DNA of 64,000 bases from Balanoglossus misakiensis. Its lineage: Eukaryota; Animalia; Hemichordata. Under the pieces are notes generated by a model. The model did no database searches and was not told the DNA's origin. It saw only the letters and a list, made by a program, of their open reading frames with translations. Both the position numbers and the translations under genes were made by a program. Shown one piece after another: positions 1 to 17,700 of the stretch. The stretch is taken from positions 2,966,656 through 3,030,655 of the forward strand of contig CM082596.2 of the NCBI GenBank assembly GCA_040954595.2, given 5' to 3'. The first letter of the stretch is position 1; every line of letters begins with the position of its first letter.

Positions 1-2936
1 AATAATAATGCACCTAATTTCGGGTCTTTTAATGTTGATGTACTCGATCTTCTGCCGGCCAGCTTGCCCGGATCGCCGTTCAATGACATCCAATCTATTT
101 CATCGGATGGGCTCTCCGACATCATGCTTGGTAGCCATGGCAACGTAGCGGGTGTGTCCGGACTGGCACCTCTACCGACACCTCTGCCACTCGACGCCGC
201 CATTTTCGAAGAATCTCGCGGACAGGACTCAGAGCAAGTCAACAAGGACATCCATCACACCCTGGCGCATGGTGAAGTCGAGAACACCAACGAACTTTTG
301 AACACGGTCATCCAGAACACGTGGACGATTCTTGGGCACGATCCATCTTTGCACTTGCAGTCATTTACGCCATCCCATAGTGCCGACATGGGGTTGTTCA
401 GTATAGGGACGGTGGACACCGAACAGACTCGGCACTCAACCGAACATTTCAGTGGGTCATCTGCCATTTCATCCGCGACACCAGACCAGAAAACGAACTT
501 AAAACCTGCTTACGGGGGAACACATGCCTTCGCTGACAGCCACACAGGGGGCTACCTCCCTAACTCTTTCCCAGTCGAACTGCATCCCAAAATGTGTGCC
601 ACCATACCAGCAGAGGGTTCCGCCTGTCAACTTCAATCTCCAGAAATTTCACTACAACTCCACACTGCCACAGAACTTGTCCAACCACCACTGCCAGGCG
701 AGGTTTTCGCCGACACCATCTATGACGTCAGCGACCATTCCAGGACTCTTGGGGTCGCGTCGACCCCTCCCAGTCTGCCCTCCCTTTCGACAGCGAACCT
801 CCCGCCGCTGAGGAGCAACCTCACAGTGGCCGCAATATTGAGTACCACCAGACAGTTCCCGCAGCTCAGACACACGCAGTCTATCGGCGAGCTTCTGGCA
901 TCTCCAAAAAGGCGAAGGAAAACGAAACAGGACAAGAATCTGCCATGTGCCGTCTGTGGGGATGACGCCCAGTTCCTTCACTACGGTGTTCCTGCATGCG
1001 AAGGCTGTAAAGGCTTCTTCAAGGTAATCTTTTACACCCCTTACTAAGCACTCCATAGCTATCTATACGATTCTAAAAAATATATATTTTTTACAGAACT
1101 TTATGGATGTCTATGGATTTTTTTGTCCTTTTCGACCCTTGTATTGAATTCTACAGAAATGTTAGAAGTCTAATACAGGGCTCTATAGGGATATAAAACC
1201 CACATTAGAGTTACATCATCTAATATTCTTATACATTTGTCCCCCCCTCTAGAGAACAGTACAGAAGAACTCCAGATACATGTGCCAGGGTAAAGGCCAC
1301 TGTAAAATTGACAAGAAAAGACGAAACCACTGCCAATATTGCCGATACCAGAAGTGTCTAGAAGTTGGAATGATGAGAGAAGGTAAAAAATAATTTAATT
1401 CGGATTATGGGTAACCTTGGGTGTAATCTTCAAGCATTATTTCGAATGATAGCGACCGTCGTCTCTACTCCCTCCGACTAGCCCAGGCTGTTGCTTTTGG
1501 ACGGACCACACCGTAAGAATATGCCACCGCGTTTTGAAAAACTATGTCGCTTACTTGTGTTTTAACTCTTCTCAAAACAGTTGTTCGAAAAGATGGACTG
1601 AAGGGGAGGAGAGGTCGACTGCCAAGTACTGTTGCCCGCCATCATCGTTCCAGGGCCAAAACACCACCAACGTCGGTCAGCTTGATCACAGCTCTCGTGA
1701 GGGCGTTTCTGGACACGTCGCCTTCCAAGTCTTCGTTGGACTATAGTCAGGTAAGCGCAGTCCACAAGAAGTATTTTTTCCACATTACACTTTTAAAGTT
1801 TAAAAATACATGTCTGATTCCATGAATTTTACTTCAGGCTCTTGATTTTGTATTCCAAGTCACTTCCTTCATCGTCACCCGTTTCTGTTTCTTCTCCAGT
1901 TTCGAGTTCCGTCTGCACTGGACACAGACTTCGAAACCTCGATGTTTGAAATGTCCATGGCTCTCATGAATCCGTGCGACCCCCACGAGAGACTGCAGAA
2001 GTTCTACGACAATCTCTGCGCCTCCTTCCACCACATCAAGAATTGGGCGGGCAAAATACCGGGATGGAGCGACTTGTGCGAGGAAGATCGGTTCCTTCTC
2101 TTCCAGACCGCCTCTCTTGAAGTGCTTGTGCTGCGAATAGCGTATCGGTAAGTTCCATGCGAAGTTGTTTCATTAAAGGCACAACGTCACTAACTTTTTA
2201 TTGTTGTTCTTGGTACTTTTGTTTCATTTGATGGGCTAATGATGTTTTTTCACCCACTGAAACAGGTATCACCCGAGCGAACAGCACATCGTCTTTTGTA
2301 ACGGCAAAGTGCTGCACCGCTACCAAGCAGTCCTCGGATTCGGCGAATGGCTGGATTACATCATCAGTTTCTGCGAAGTGATCCACCGAATGGGTATTGA
2401 CATCTCGTCCTTTGCGTGTCTGACTGCTTTAACTCTCGTCACAGGTGAGAATATTGCAAATCTCGCTGGCTCCCAAGTGTGTGTGTGTGGGGGGGGGGGG
2501 GGAGGGGGTGTCTGAGGAAAAAGTTTTGTTGAACCATAGACAGTACTGTCTATGGTTGAACGGACATTTTCCCAGAGAGTACCACCTATGTGGTCCATTA
2601 AACTGTACGAAAGCATTTTTTCTGTAGAGAAAAGTGCTTGTCATTATAATAATTTCAAACTCTCTTTTCTACACTTCAGAACGCAGTGGTTTGAAGGAAC
2701 CAAAGAAGGTCGAGCGACTCCAAGAGGAACTCATCGCAGCCTTCCAGAACCACGTGCTCAACAGCCCGGCCGTGGAGGGCCGAGCCAACTACATGTCGAA
2801 ACTGCTGTCGCTCATCCCAGAGCTGCGCACGCTCAGCAAACAAGGTCTCCACCGGCTGTACTATCTGAAAGTGGAGGGTGGAATCCCCGCTCCCCCGATG
2901 CTGGCCAGAATGTTTCAGCCCAACTTGCCATATTAG
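1..2936 (+). CDS. NR4A: NR4A-subfamily nuclear receptor (Nur77/Nurr1/HR38-like), 5'-partial
   Basis: Exons <1-1023, 1253-1382, 1581-1750, 1900-2147, 2266-2444, 2680-2936, all GT-AG and phase-consistent. The frame is open from base 1. DBD reads [44 protein letters not shown]4A-diagnostic C-terminal extension [18 protein letters not shown] motifs [43 protein letters not shown]-like, ending MFQPNLPY*. Confidence 0.93.
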
Positions 2937-3910
2937 GACTTCTGGTGCACCTTGAATGCCCAATGAACCGATGAACGATGTCGTTCATAACGACTATGCA
3001 TTGACCTTTAAATGCAAAACCGATCACTCGTTTAAAGTGCCTGTAAATATTATTGTCGTTTCTGAAAAAGAGTGACTGGTTCCTTTTTTTAAAAATACGT
3101 AGAAACTGTACATTGCCAATCCCCATATCAAAAGACTGAAATGACTATACTAAAGCATGGAACTATCATGTGTTATACCCTCAGAGGAAAGAAAACACGT
3201 TCATTTGTTATGCAAAAAAACGCTCAGGTGAACCGTGATGTTTATGCAAATATACACGAGTTCATTCCACAGACACAATACCTCAGAAATACGTCATTGA
3301 TTACCATACTGGCATGTGACCTTCTACATCTTTGAGACAACGTGTATGCGTTACACAGTAACAAGTATCTGCCGTTTTGACGACCGATTACCGATTTGAA
3401 ATACATGTACCTCTGTTTTGTGAAGCGTTTGTCGTTTATGTGTTTGGCTAAAAGTGACTGATTTATAGGAGCGTCAATTATTGTCTTTAAATAGTGAGTA
3501 CGTGTAAATTTATAATCATTGAATACAATTCAGTCGCCTACTTTCTCAATCTACGAGTGCTGATTTTTCTTTTCTACCATCTTCATGTGTGTTTATTTCA
3601 TGCAATTGACCAAAGGGAATTACATGCATTTATTTCACATAAAAAACTACATGTACGTCAAAGAGTGGGTAGCTTTCTAATCCCTACACACTTCAACTCT
3701 CCATCTGTATATCTGACTGCATTTATCACTAGACATGTCGATGTATGAATACGCCTAGTTGAAGTCTAAGATTCCAAGTTCTTCCAGGGCATCACACTCC
3801 CTTGACATCTGACAAACAGAACAATAGGAGCAGCACCACGCGGCCACCGTATCTTCACAGAGACTTCCCTGCAGACAAATGTTAAATGTAGAGATTTTAA
3901 TAGTTACAAT

Positions 3911-3936
3911 ACATACATACATACATACATACATAC
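3911..3936. repeat. (ACAT)n microsatellite
   Basis: acatacatacatacatacatacatac. Confidence 0.8.
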
Positions 3937-6067
3937 AAACACAGACCTGGGGGCAGTGGGGTATGATAGGTGTGTACATAAGTTACCTCAATGTTCACCA
4001 TCGTCCTCAATTTCGTCCTCAAGGGCCAAATGTTTCCCTGGACACAGAAAGAAAACACACACGTGTGTTCTGTTTCTCCAACTTGTCGCGTTATTTTTTG
4101 GATGACTAGACAAGGGCACCAGAAGGTCTTGCAGCCTGAAAAGAGAAAAATGTAGTTGGTTGTTATTACAATCACTTCGTTTTGCGGCTGGGAAAAAAAC
4201 GTCTTTTCTGTAGCCTAAATGAGAATTGGGAGTGGGTGGGGTACGCGAAAACTTACATAGATTTTTGTCCACACAGCAATCTCCAACAAGCTTATTTGAC
4301 CACTGTCGTTGTGGAAGGTACTTCTGCGGAATGAGAATCTGCACAAAAATGAAAACAGAAAGTAAACAGTCAAAGACGCACAGTAAGTTGATTTGAGAAA
4401 TCCCCATATCGTTTGTTTCGTCACAAATATCGATGAAGCTGTGATCACTTCCATTATGCTTACCTTGTCTAGGTTCACGTTTCCAGCTTGAGGTTGTTTC
4501 GTAATCGCGCCAATAGCAGGGTCCGACATGTTGTCAATCTTGCAACTGCTGGATGATTGTAATGATACGCGGAAGGAACGAATGAGTGAGTGGGTGAGTA
4601 AATAAATAAATTCGGCTTGAACACACTATTTCTTGCCGTCCTATTCCGGTGGACACTTTTCTTTGAACTGTGGACGTGGATAGCAACATAAATTTGCACT
4701 CCCAATTTCTCTTTGTCGGTGGAACTCGCGGAGCCTTTGTTGTACTGGACAGCTTGATAATGAAAGGCAAGTTTTACATGTAATCCGAGTCGGCCTCGGG
4801 CTAAATGACGACTACTCAGTAGAATGCGTCCAACGAAAACTAACAATAACCTCACCTCAAAGCTCACATAACGGTCACAAACGAAAGCAAAAGCTGTGAT
4901 TTTATAAGGCGAAGCAAAGGTTTGTGCGTCTCTCATATTCTGAATTCAGGTAGTGCGGTTGAGAGAGTCTCGGATCTCAAATCAGTGAACTTGTATGCCC
5001 CCGTAGTCATGACGATGTCGCCGACGCTATACACACTTGCGCAGTGAACATAATTTGCAATCAAAGCTTGCGCTCTCTCCTGTTTTCGTATTTCCCCTTG
5101 GTAAAAGTTGTCCATGTTCTGAAAATCATGGGTCTTTAGACGAGCCGACCTACCTTTATCTAGGTGTAATGTCGTTAAAAGACAAACGGCCGTCCTCAAA
5201 ACAACGCTCACCCGAGAAGGTTACGCCTAACACTGGCCTCGGGCCACAATACTTGACCGTTTTTACTTGTTCGATCATACCATTTATCTGAAGGGGTTGG
5301 GTGAGTACCTTCAGCAGGTAGGACGTGCAGTGGAAGTCAACTTTTGCTACGATGACAACCTTCTCATAGTTTAGCGAGACGAAAATAGGACAAATTTTAC
5401 AGTTTTAATTCCACGATGACGATGAAGACGGAAAAGTGCGTTATACATGCACAAATTTAAACCAAGCACAATTATATTATATTATATTGGCCAATTCAAA
5501 CACGCAGCCAGCGTTTCCATAGTACTTGTCACCTTTGTTCAATATTTACACTATAAACATTCGGCGACCTGCTTTACGGCTTTATATTTACAAAGAAAAC
5601 CTGTCAGGCATACGCACTCGAGTTACAAGAAACAATAGGTGCTCAGCTACATTGCACATAACCGTAGTCCCGGACATTTGAAAACAGAATATAACTGTTT
5701 CAAGGCACTTTCATATACTGTTTTCCCCCTCTTTGCAGATTCTATACAACTTAGGAAATATATCCCTAACGTATTGTCCGGAGAGTGACTAATACGCACA
5801 TGAAACACGTCTTGAATCACACGTGATCGATGTCGGTATGAAAGCAAACATGACAGGAAGTTGGAGCGCCCTCTAGAGATCATTTGTTGATTTCCCTTTC
5901 GAGTAAGGAAGTGACAAACACACACACCATCATCATAACAGAGAATCCACGTTTGACTGCAGGGTCTGTGCATATCATATGTACCGTACGCGTATCCTCT
6001 TGAGTGTGTGAATTGAACTTACGCCCATCAAAATAAAGCAATTTATGTGCAAGCTCTACCATATATA

Positions 6068-9353
<3,286 letters not shown>

Positions 9354-9441
9354 AACAATTTTAAAATAGCAGATTTTAAATCATTCTAATACTATTTATC
9401 AGTGTTTATGAACACAACAACTCTTATTGCTGTAATCAACG

Positions 9442-9447
9442 AATAAA
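9442..9447 (+). promoter_or_regulatory. Candidate polyadenylation signal of UBA5
   Basis: AATAAA 88 nt after the UBA5 stop codon. Confidence 0.45.
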
Positions 9448-10556
9448 TTAAATGACAACAGTGAAACTTCATTACAAGGAAATTACATTTTGCGAAATGT
9501 GAAAAGTAACGCATCAGATGTCACTAACAATGTTCAGAGGAAGTGTATAAAAATTGCAATCGATCTTTCAGCCACATATGAAGTCAGACATAGCCAGCCC
9601 CGTGTTATCTCATCAACATGATTTTTAGGGTGAATGTGCCTATGTTAGAAATTGATGAGTCGGCCCTTTGTGAACGTGATAGCTTCTGTACATTGCCCAG
9701 TATTGTAATACACTGTATCATTATGCATTTTAGAGCTTCGTAAACGGGAAGTAAGAATATCGATGTCAAATATACACAATTTATTAAAATTGCGAGAATC
9801 ACGCAAGAACTATAGTGTCATTCTTTTTTACACTACTAACAAGAAACCATTTGGGTACTGAACTCACAACCATCTAGTCATGAGGTATATACAGAATTTA
9901 TTACATGACTAAAGGCAAAACTGCATATATCCCAGGGTAGAAGCCTTATTCCTACGTTTGCAAACATGCATGCCTCCCGGTGAGGTGGGTTTTTCACAAC
10001 AGGCTCTGAAGAGAGAACGCAAAATTTGGCTCCGAGTTGATCAGTTTGCCTTGCTGACACGCCCACTTGTTGCCATGGGCACATGCAGTACACAGAAGCT
10101 TGCACACCGGTTAACTCATTACAGCGATAAAACTTTCTGGAGATTTTCAGGATCCTCACTTACCGCATAACTTTCTCATATACATCACCAAATGTCCCTG
10201 TGTTGCTGTTACATGCTCCAGAATGTTGTATGGTCCTAGAATTTCGCGAGGAATCAACACAACAGCCACGATGTGTGCAGCTGGGCGGCGCCATGTTGAA
10301 TAAATTAATGCTCACCTAGATGTGACCGTTGGTGGCGCTGTGTCAACACAGAGTTCGCTAACAAGCAGAGGGCTCTGGGTAACCGAGACTAAGAGTTCAA
10401 GCCAAAAAACAACAATAATTGGTTGGTCCTCTCATAAAACACAACCATCCCTTGACATTTCTGGAAATGTTGTTTTATTTGAAAAGACAAGACCAAAATA
10501 TAGGCTTTTCAGAATTGACAAGGCTCCCTCAGGGAGCCCACAAGTTAGTAATTAAT

Positions 10557-10612
10557 AGTACTACCAATATGGCCGCTGACAGCCCACAAGTACTACCAAT
10601 ATGGCCGCTGAC
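10557..10612. repeat. Short direct repeat, two copies with about 31-nt period
   Basis: agtactaccaatatggccgctgac occurs twice in tandem. Confidence 0.8.
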
Positions 10613-11722
10613 CTCACTCGTGGATATAGTTTCCACTTGTTTTCGAAGCGTTTATTAAAAAATGTCCAATATTGACACCACTTAACTGTATAAAATATAT
10701 TAACTATTAAATTTACAATCCCAAATGTTAAAATCTGTCATTGTGTTATATGTGTACAATGGTCAACACAGGACCATGGGTTAATAGGTTAACATACAGT
10801 ATTTGCTGATTTACCTAAGAGACCATTTCAAATTCCTGTTAAAAAGACAGCTGCCATTATCTGAATGGAATATATGTGACCTTCTCATACTGTTATGCAT
10901 TGCTGTTTGGGTTAACTATAAGTGGAATCAAAACACTATTTCTAAAATAACTTAGTGTACTAAATTTGCTGACAAACTTTTCAATCAAAACTTTATAGGT
11001 TTACTTACAGTGTTTCAGAGTAAATGGAAGTCATTTATATGCTGGTTTTATTTGCAAAATCATGAAGTCATCACATTTTCCGGGTACGTCCACTGCGCAG
11101 AATTGGTCAATGCGATCATCAATGTGCGATGCTCCATCAGAATCAAACGATTCCAGGAATGCTATAATTCTAGGTGAAACACACCAGTGACAATTTTGAT
11201 ATTACCAATGAGTATGAATGTGACATATTGTCAGTTAAGACTGATAAATGGTCAATGTGGGTTGGATTACAGGTGACTACTGGTGCAGTAGTATTGTTTT
11301 ACATGTAGGACTGTCAAAATCCATGTCAAAAATACAGAACCCTATCATTTATTATCATTATTGCACTCTCTAAAAACAACAATCTCTCAAAGCGCTGCTC
11401 TTTTAAGCAACCACCAGATTCTCTGTGCAGGGTAGTTCTTGATAAGGTGCCCCGACTACAGCCCTATTATATCTTCAAATTCGTCGGCCATTTTCTGAGG
11501 CTTGTTCCAACGCGCAGGTAAATTTCCAGCATCTTGAAGCTATTTAAGACATACTCTGACTTCGACAGCTAAATGCTTCCTGGACTGCTCACACTTCCTA
11601 TGGTTGGTCAAACGTCTCTGGTCTCACCTCAATACGCAAAACACTGTCGACGACCGCCATCAGCGTTCTCAATTATGCGTGACTTTTGTTTTTCCTTTTC
11701 TCTATGAAATACTTGACTGTTT

Positions 11723-14700
11723 TCACACTTTGGACCAGTCAACGCGAAACGCTATAACTGCAATAGTTGTCAGGCTGGCAATGACGTATAAAGTTAGAAA
11801 AAATCTATCCAGGATGACCGCCGCTAAAACCCATTCAGCCTTCGTTCCTCGCTCCCTCTTTGAGTCCTCCAAGTAATTTGCAATTTTCCTGACCTCTCCG
11901 AGTATCTTCCTCATCCCGAGCGATTCGCTGAATGGATCACCCTCCATTGCCGACCTGCGCTCCTTCCGGTTGTTCACATTTGCGTCGACGCCGTTGCTTG
12001 TGACGCGCGATGGCAGTGGCACCATTTCGCTGCACTCGATGTATTTCAAACAAGACGGGTTCCGGCCGGAGCTCACGTTCAGCGTACGGGTGCGCCGTTC
12101 TTGTTTGGGTCCCCCGAGAACGAACCGTCCGAGGTGATTGATGATGAATCGCTTCATCCACTCGGGCAACGGGTCACCATTTTCGCCACGGTGATGTACG
12201 TTGATCACCAGTACTGACGTAATTAGCGACATTGTCACCAAGACAACCGTTGCTGCGTGATACTGGCCTGGAAATGAATAAATGACAATCTCCCATAAGG
12301 AGAGTACATACATACGCAATCATCAAATACATGTAGTAACTCATGCAGACACTACATAGTATTAAAACACATGTATTTTACACTCATATCTACACATGCA
12401 CCATCACCTTATATTTAAAATCACACTCACCTATCAATGGTATGACACTAGATGGAGGTAGAGTCTCAGCCATCAACAACAGAAACACAGTCAGTGCCAA
12501 CAGCACTGATATACCATAGCTGATCTTCTCTCCCGACTCTGGGGGAAGCAAGAAGGTGAGCGCGGACAGAGCTGCTAATATGACACAGGGGAGAATCAAG
12601 TTGAAAATGTAGTACACTGGTCGGCGTTGCAGCTGTACGGTGTAAGTGACGTCATAGTACGGCACCCCCGGGTGGTCAGGATAGTACTCCACATTGCTGA
12701 CAGCGGACACGTCACCCAAATCCCACTCGCCGTCACTCCTAAACACAGTCGCGTCACCTAATGAATATAAGTCAAATGTTTAACCAGAAACATGAAAACC
12801 CATTAAGATGAGCATTACTGGACAGGTGTGCGTGCATGTTGTACTTAATAAAACATCATGAAAACTAATATTTTGAAAAGTTAAACAGTGGTGCGACGTC
12901 TTTTGATTTATGATTTACCTGTTCCATTGAGTTTCAGTTCCATACCGTCATACTGCCACGGACCGAACTTCATTTGACACTCCTGGTGGTCGAACGGGAA
13001 ATATGTCGCATCCACTTGGCAGTTGCTGATGAAAATCACCGGCGAGGCCCACATCACTTGACCGTCCGAATAGATTACAATGATGCGGTCGTTGACGAAA
13101 CTCTGGTATTTGTCATCAGCGCTGAAAAGAAAGATGAATGGTATTGAATTAATTCCACACAGTCATGTGAAACACATTATATCTACATATCTATACACGG
13201 GTCCCCCCTATCTCTGTGTCTCTCTATGTTCCACTCAGTGTCTCTGTCCCCATCTGTATATGTATGTATGTATGTGTACCATATGTGTGAGGGAGTGAGG
13301 GTGTGTGTGCACATTTAAATCAACAGATGGTCAACTGACGCCAGTATGCGTAATGAAGCCGTCAAGGTCATTGTGGAATATAGCATGCAAGTATGAGAAC
13401 AATTTAAATAACCATAAAAAGCCAATACTTCCAGTCTACTTACTCCCTTTTGTGAATTTTATTGCCATCAAATTTTCAATAAGGTTTTAATTACGAGAAA
13501 TAGCATCCATTGTGTGGAGAAACCAGTTTTTAATATGCTGGGTATATTCGTATATTAACTACATTCCTCTTTTTGGACGATAATTATCTCATCCAAAATT
13601 AAATTAAATTGATCTAGATTTTTACCGAAATGGTGTCTTTCAAACTATAATTGTTTGTCTACAAGTTTTGGTGTCCAGACTTAGCTTGGATGATAAAAGT
13701 TAGTCCGAATGAAATTCTCATTTGAACCTCACAGGCTACATTAAAAGGGGGATTACAGCTTACTAGACAACACGAAACCGAGGTAGGTTGGGGGTTTGGA
13801 AAAACACCATTTTTTGGTGAGCACTGTTGTTTGGGATGCTGACAGCAAATTCCCGCTGTTCCCACGGGCGGTGAGTGAATGCTTCCCATTCCACACGCCG
13901 GCCAAATTCGATCCGAAATACGCTCACATCTGTTTATCGAATAAACATCAGGCACCTACGTCCTGGGACAACAGCTGTGAACACCCGAGTCACGAATCTG
14001 CGTCGAATTGTCACCTTCAGAATATAGTTTTCTGACTGTATAGCTTACATGTATGCGTGATCGGGGATGTGTTTTGCTTTACGTACATGCAGTCATGCAA
14101 GTTACCACTAGCATTTGCGTAGCACATGTCGAATGCTGACCAAGGCTAGTGTCAGAGTTACACAGTTAATATGGACATGTTTGAAGTAAGTGTGTCAGTG
14201 CGTTTATGTTCAAAATAAAGACAATTTACAGCCATCATTCACAGAAAGCCCCAAACGCTGCTCAGCTCCTGTCACTCCACTTAACTACATTTACAAGCTG
14301 ACATCTAATTTATCCTGGAATGCATTGTCATTGCTGCATATAATTTGACGTCGTGGCTTTATAGCGTGTCTGTCAGTATACCGCTGTCAGTCACTGAGTA
14401 AAACCCCCGTGCCTAGCTCTGTAAATTCTTGGGACGGCAAAAAAATGTAATTGACGATTTCACAGGGACCTGAAATCTTTCAACCAAAATACATCAACTG
14501 ATGTTGTGCATGTCATGTCTATAAAAAACTGTCCCACTGAAATTGTCGATTACGTATCAGTTTGTGAGAAAACCATTCACGTCAAAGCCCACTTAAGATA
14601 CCCTTCTTAAAAGAAGGGACTGAAACGTAATTGACGATTTCCCAGGGACCTGAAATCTTCCTACCAAAATATATCAACCGTATGGTTCCGTATGCCACGT

Positions 14701-17700
14701 CCTTGAAAGACTAGACTATATTTATATCTAGGGACCAGGAATATGTCGTAGCCGCAGTCCATGACTTACTTGTTGTAAAGGACAATTTCAGGTAACCAGA
14801 CAATATCGGAGGGTATCTTGATGTTGTCTACGCCGTAGTCGGTCGTGTTCCATGTCAGCAATTCATCTCTCCATATCTGGAGGGAAAAATATTTCATAAC
14901 AGTTAAACGTGTGTATATACAGAGCCATTACAAGGGCACGTACAGCATTGTGACTTCAATCACATCATTTTGTTTTGCAATATAATCCAATGTGGCCACC
15001 TCTTGGTCATCACATGCTTTAATTAGTTTCAATTATGTAAATTCCCTTTCATTTAAAGAAGCTTTCTGTTGATTACACTGAATTACTTTCATTTACCCAT
15101 GGGGATAATTTCACAAATGGCTTGTAACATCACATGACAGTTTAGTGTGTGCCTAATAGTTGGTTTATAACACATATCATTGCTGGCAAGGGACATACAT
15201 TGTTAATGAGTGAAACGTTCAGGGGAAAATGAAACATTTACACGTCCCGGTTGTTTGAAGTGGGGAATAGCTACGTGTCTCACAGACGGAAAGGTTGTCA
15301 GCAAAAATAGTGTGCATTGATGGATATGGTTCAGGAGACGCATCAATACAGCTTTCACGTCATACAGTGAGACATAAAACTGTCTCGTCCTGCTAAAGAA
15401 TTACCACTAAATAATTCTACAAGGATTGCCAATAATTTATTCTGCAAAGATTGGGAATTTTTGGATTCCTTCGCCAACCAGAAAGAAGCCGAATATTGGT
15501 GGCAACTGGAACAAACGTCATGTTGGTTTTTTCCTACATTGTTATGGAAAATATATGAGACAGAATGCTTGACAATAGGCAAATATATGAATATTGCCAT
15601 TTCCTGCTTCAGTTAAGTTCTCTAGTGTCATAATACGGCAGGGAACAATGGAGATGACACTTATACTGCGCACCAAATAATTTTTAAGTGCAGCTAAAAT
15701 ACAACCAGTGTCAGTTTTTCGAATAAATGCATTTAACAAAACTGGAGCCAGATGTTCGGAAGAGGGCTCTTGCCGAACTTGTTTTTGTTTCAATTCAAAC
15801 AAGACTCTTTATAACGTATGGGGGATACCTCGCTTTCAAGGTCTGTGCCTGTGAAGTAATGGACGCTAACCTTGAAAATATGAACCTTCCATTGTGTTCA
15901 AAAGCGACGGCATCAAGATGGATTGTGTTTTTCTGCCGTGGAACAGAGATAACGCTTTCGCTGTAAATCAGGCCACATCTTTCGATGTGTGCGATAACTG
16001 TGGTGTCAAATAAATTGTACACGGCTGCAAGCAACAATGTTGTGCTATTTCTGAACACGGGTCGTTCCACAAAACACAGTCGGCACACTTTCTTTCTCGA
16101 CTAATCCCATATGTGTTAGCAAAGGTCTTAACAAAACTTTGAAACTAAGTGTTGATTTGTAAATATTTATACATACTTTGTGATCTGTTAACAAGCGAAG
16201 CTTTATGAAAAGCCCGGTATGATTTATAATCATGTGCTTATTTTATTGTGGGGGATTTGCAGATAAAACGCAATAAATTCTGGATTGTATTTTACAAAGT
16301 AATGTGTATTAATAATTTACAGGGAATGGATGAGGTTTTGCGCTCAGCTGTCGTTTACTGCTTGTTGCTAACATGCGTTAAAAACCAGCCCCTAAATCTT
16401 CTCCATGTTGATTTACCATTTCCAAATCCAAACTGTAACCTGACGCAGGTACATCCTGGAAATCCTGGTCGATATTGTAGCTATGTAATATCATAACTTT
16501 CAAATGTTTGCGTGCAAAATAAATTATGCAGTCCTGAAGTCACATTAGTTCAAGCGCATGACAAATGGTCGATTTGTGAGTGATTCAAACATTATATGCT
16601 CAAGATCTATCGCGACCATGAGAATGAAGTAGGGTTGGAGGCCATCTGGTTGGTTAATTATATCTCCCCTATATCAGTTTCACCCAATTGAAAGTGTTTT
16701 GCTTAAATGGTCAGAAATCCGTGAGAAGGGACTTGAACGAAACCTTAATGTGGATAGACGTGATAACCTTCAACATCGTTGATTGGTTCAATGTTGTCAC
16801 TTAAAACAAATCTTAAGGTCAATGGTATCAACAACGTAATTAAGACACCTGCACAGACATCTGTATTTTGAATAATGGCAAAAAATACTCTTCTGTCAAC
16901 GAACGACAGAACATAAGCCATATGTCTGAGTCAGAGTGATGGTAATTTGTTAAGGGTTTTCAATTTGACAGTATCAACTCACTTTAAAAAAAAACGTGAC
17001 AGTATTGCCCAAACGTCACCTGGGGCCATTAAAGTGATTAGTTTATTATCAAATGACCACATTTTACCCGGTGTGTTTCATATTGTCTCGTTTTTGGCAA
17101 CCTGTCAATACTCAGAGAGATGTGGTATTCACATCTAATGGCTAAAGAATGTAATGGAACGACATTGAAAAGAGTTTCAATTTCTGTAGCTCGCGCGAGT
17201 GCCATCTCTGGGATAACATCAAAAGCCATAAATTGCTGTCATGGGGCGTCGCCAATATGTTGTTTAGTTTACTGCAGTGGATTTTATTAAAACTCTTTTT
17301 TTCATGTGCTGGAGATCAAACAACCTCCCCAAAAACAGCTTCTAGATCAGTGCGCAAGATACTGCCATATATTGGCTATCCATCCATCAAACTATCCCTC
17401 CAACAAACCATCCCTGCCTCAAACCAACCAACCAACCAAACCAACCAATGTAATGTTCCCATCTACACCACGTTTAAAATGTTTCTTTATCAAATTAATT
17501 TTTTTTAAAAGATGTCACTAACACTTACCAATGTCACCCATGCATTTATTTTGATCCGCTGCATTCTTTCATCCTGAAAAGTTGAAAGAAAATATGCAGT
17601 CAGCGGAAAACCAATTTCGTTTCAATTAAAACTTTGTTCGTGCAAAAAATCCTGCTTTCACCAAACGAATATCATTCTGTGTATTAACCTCCGCTTATGT

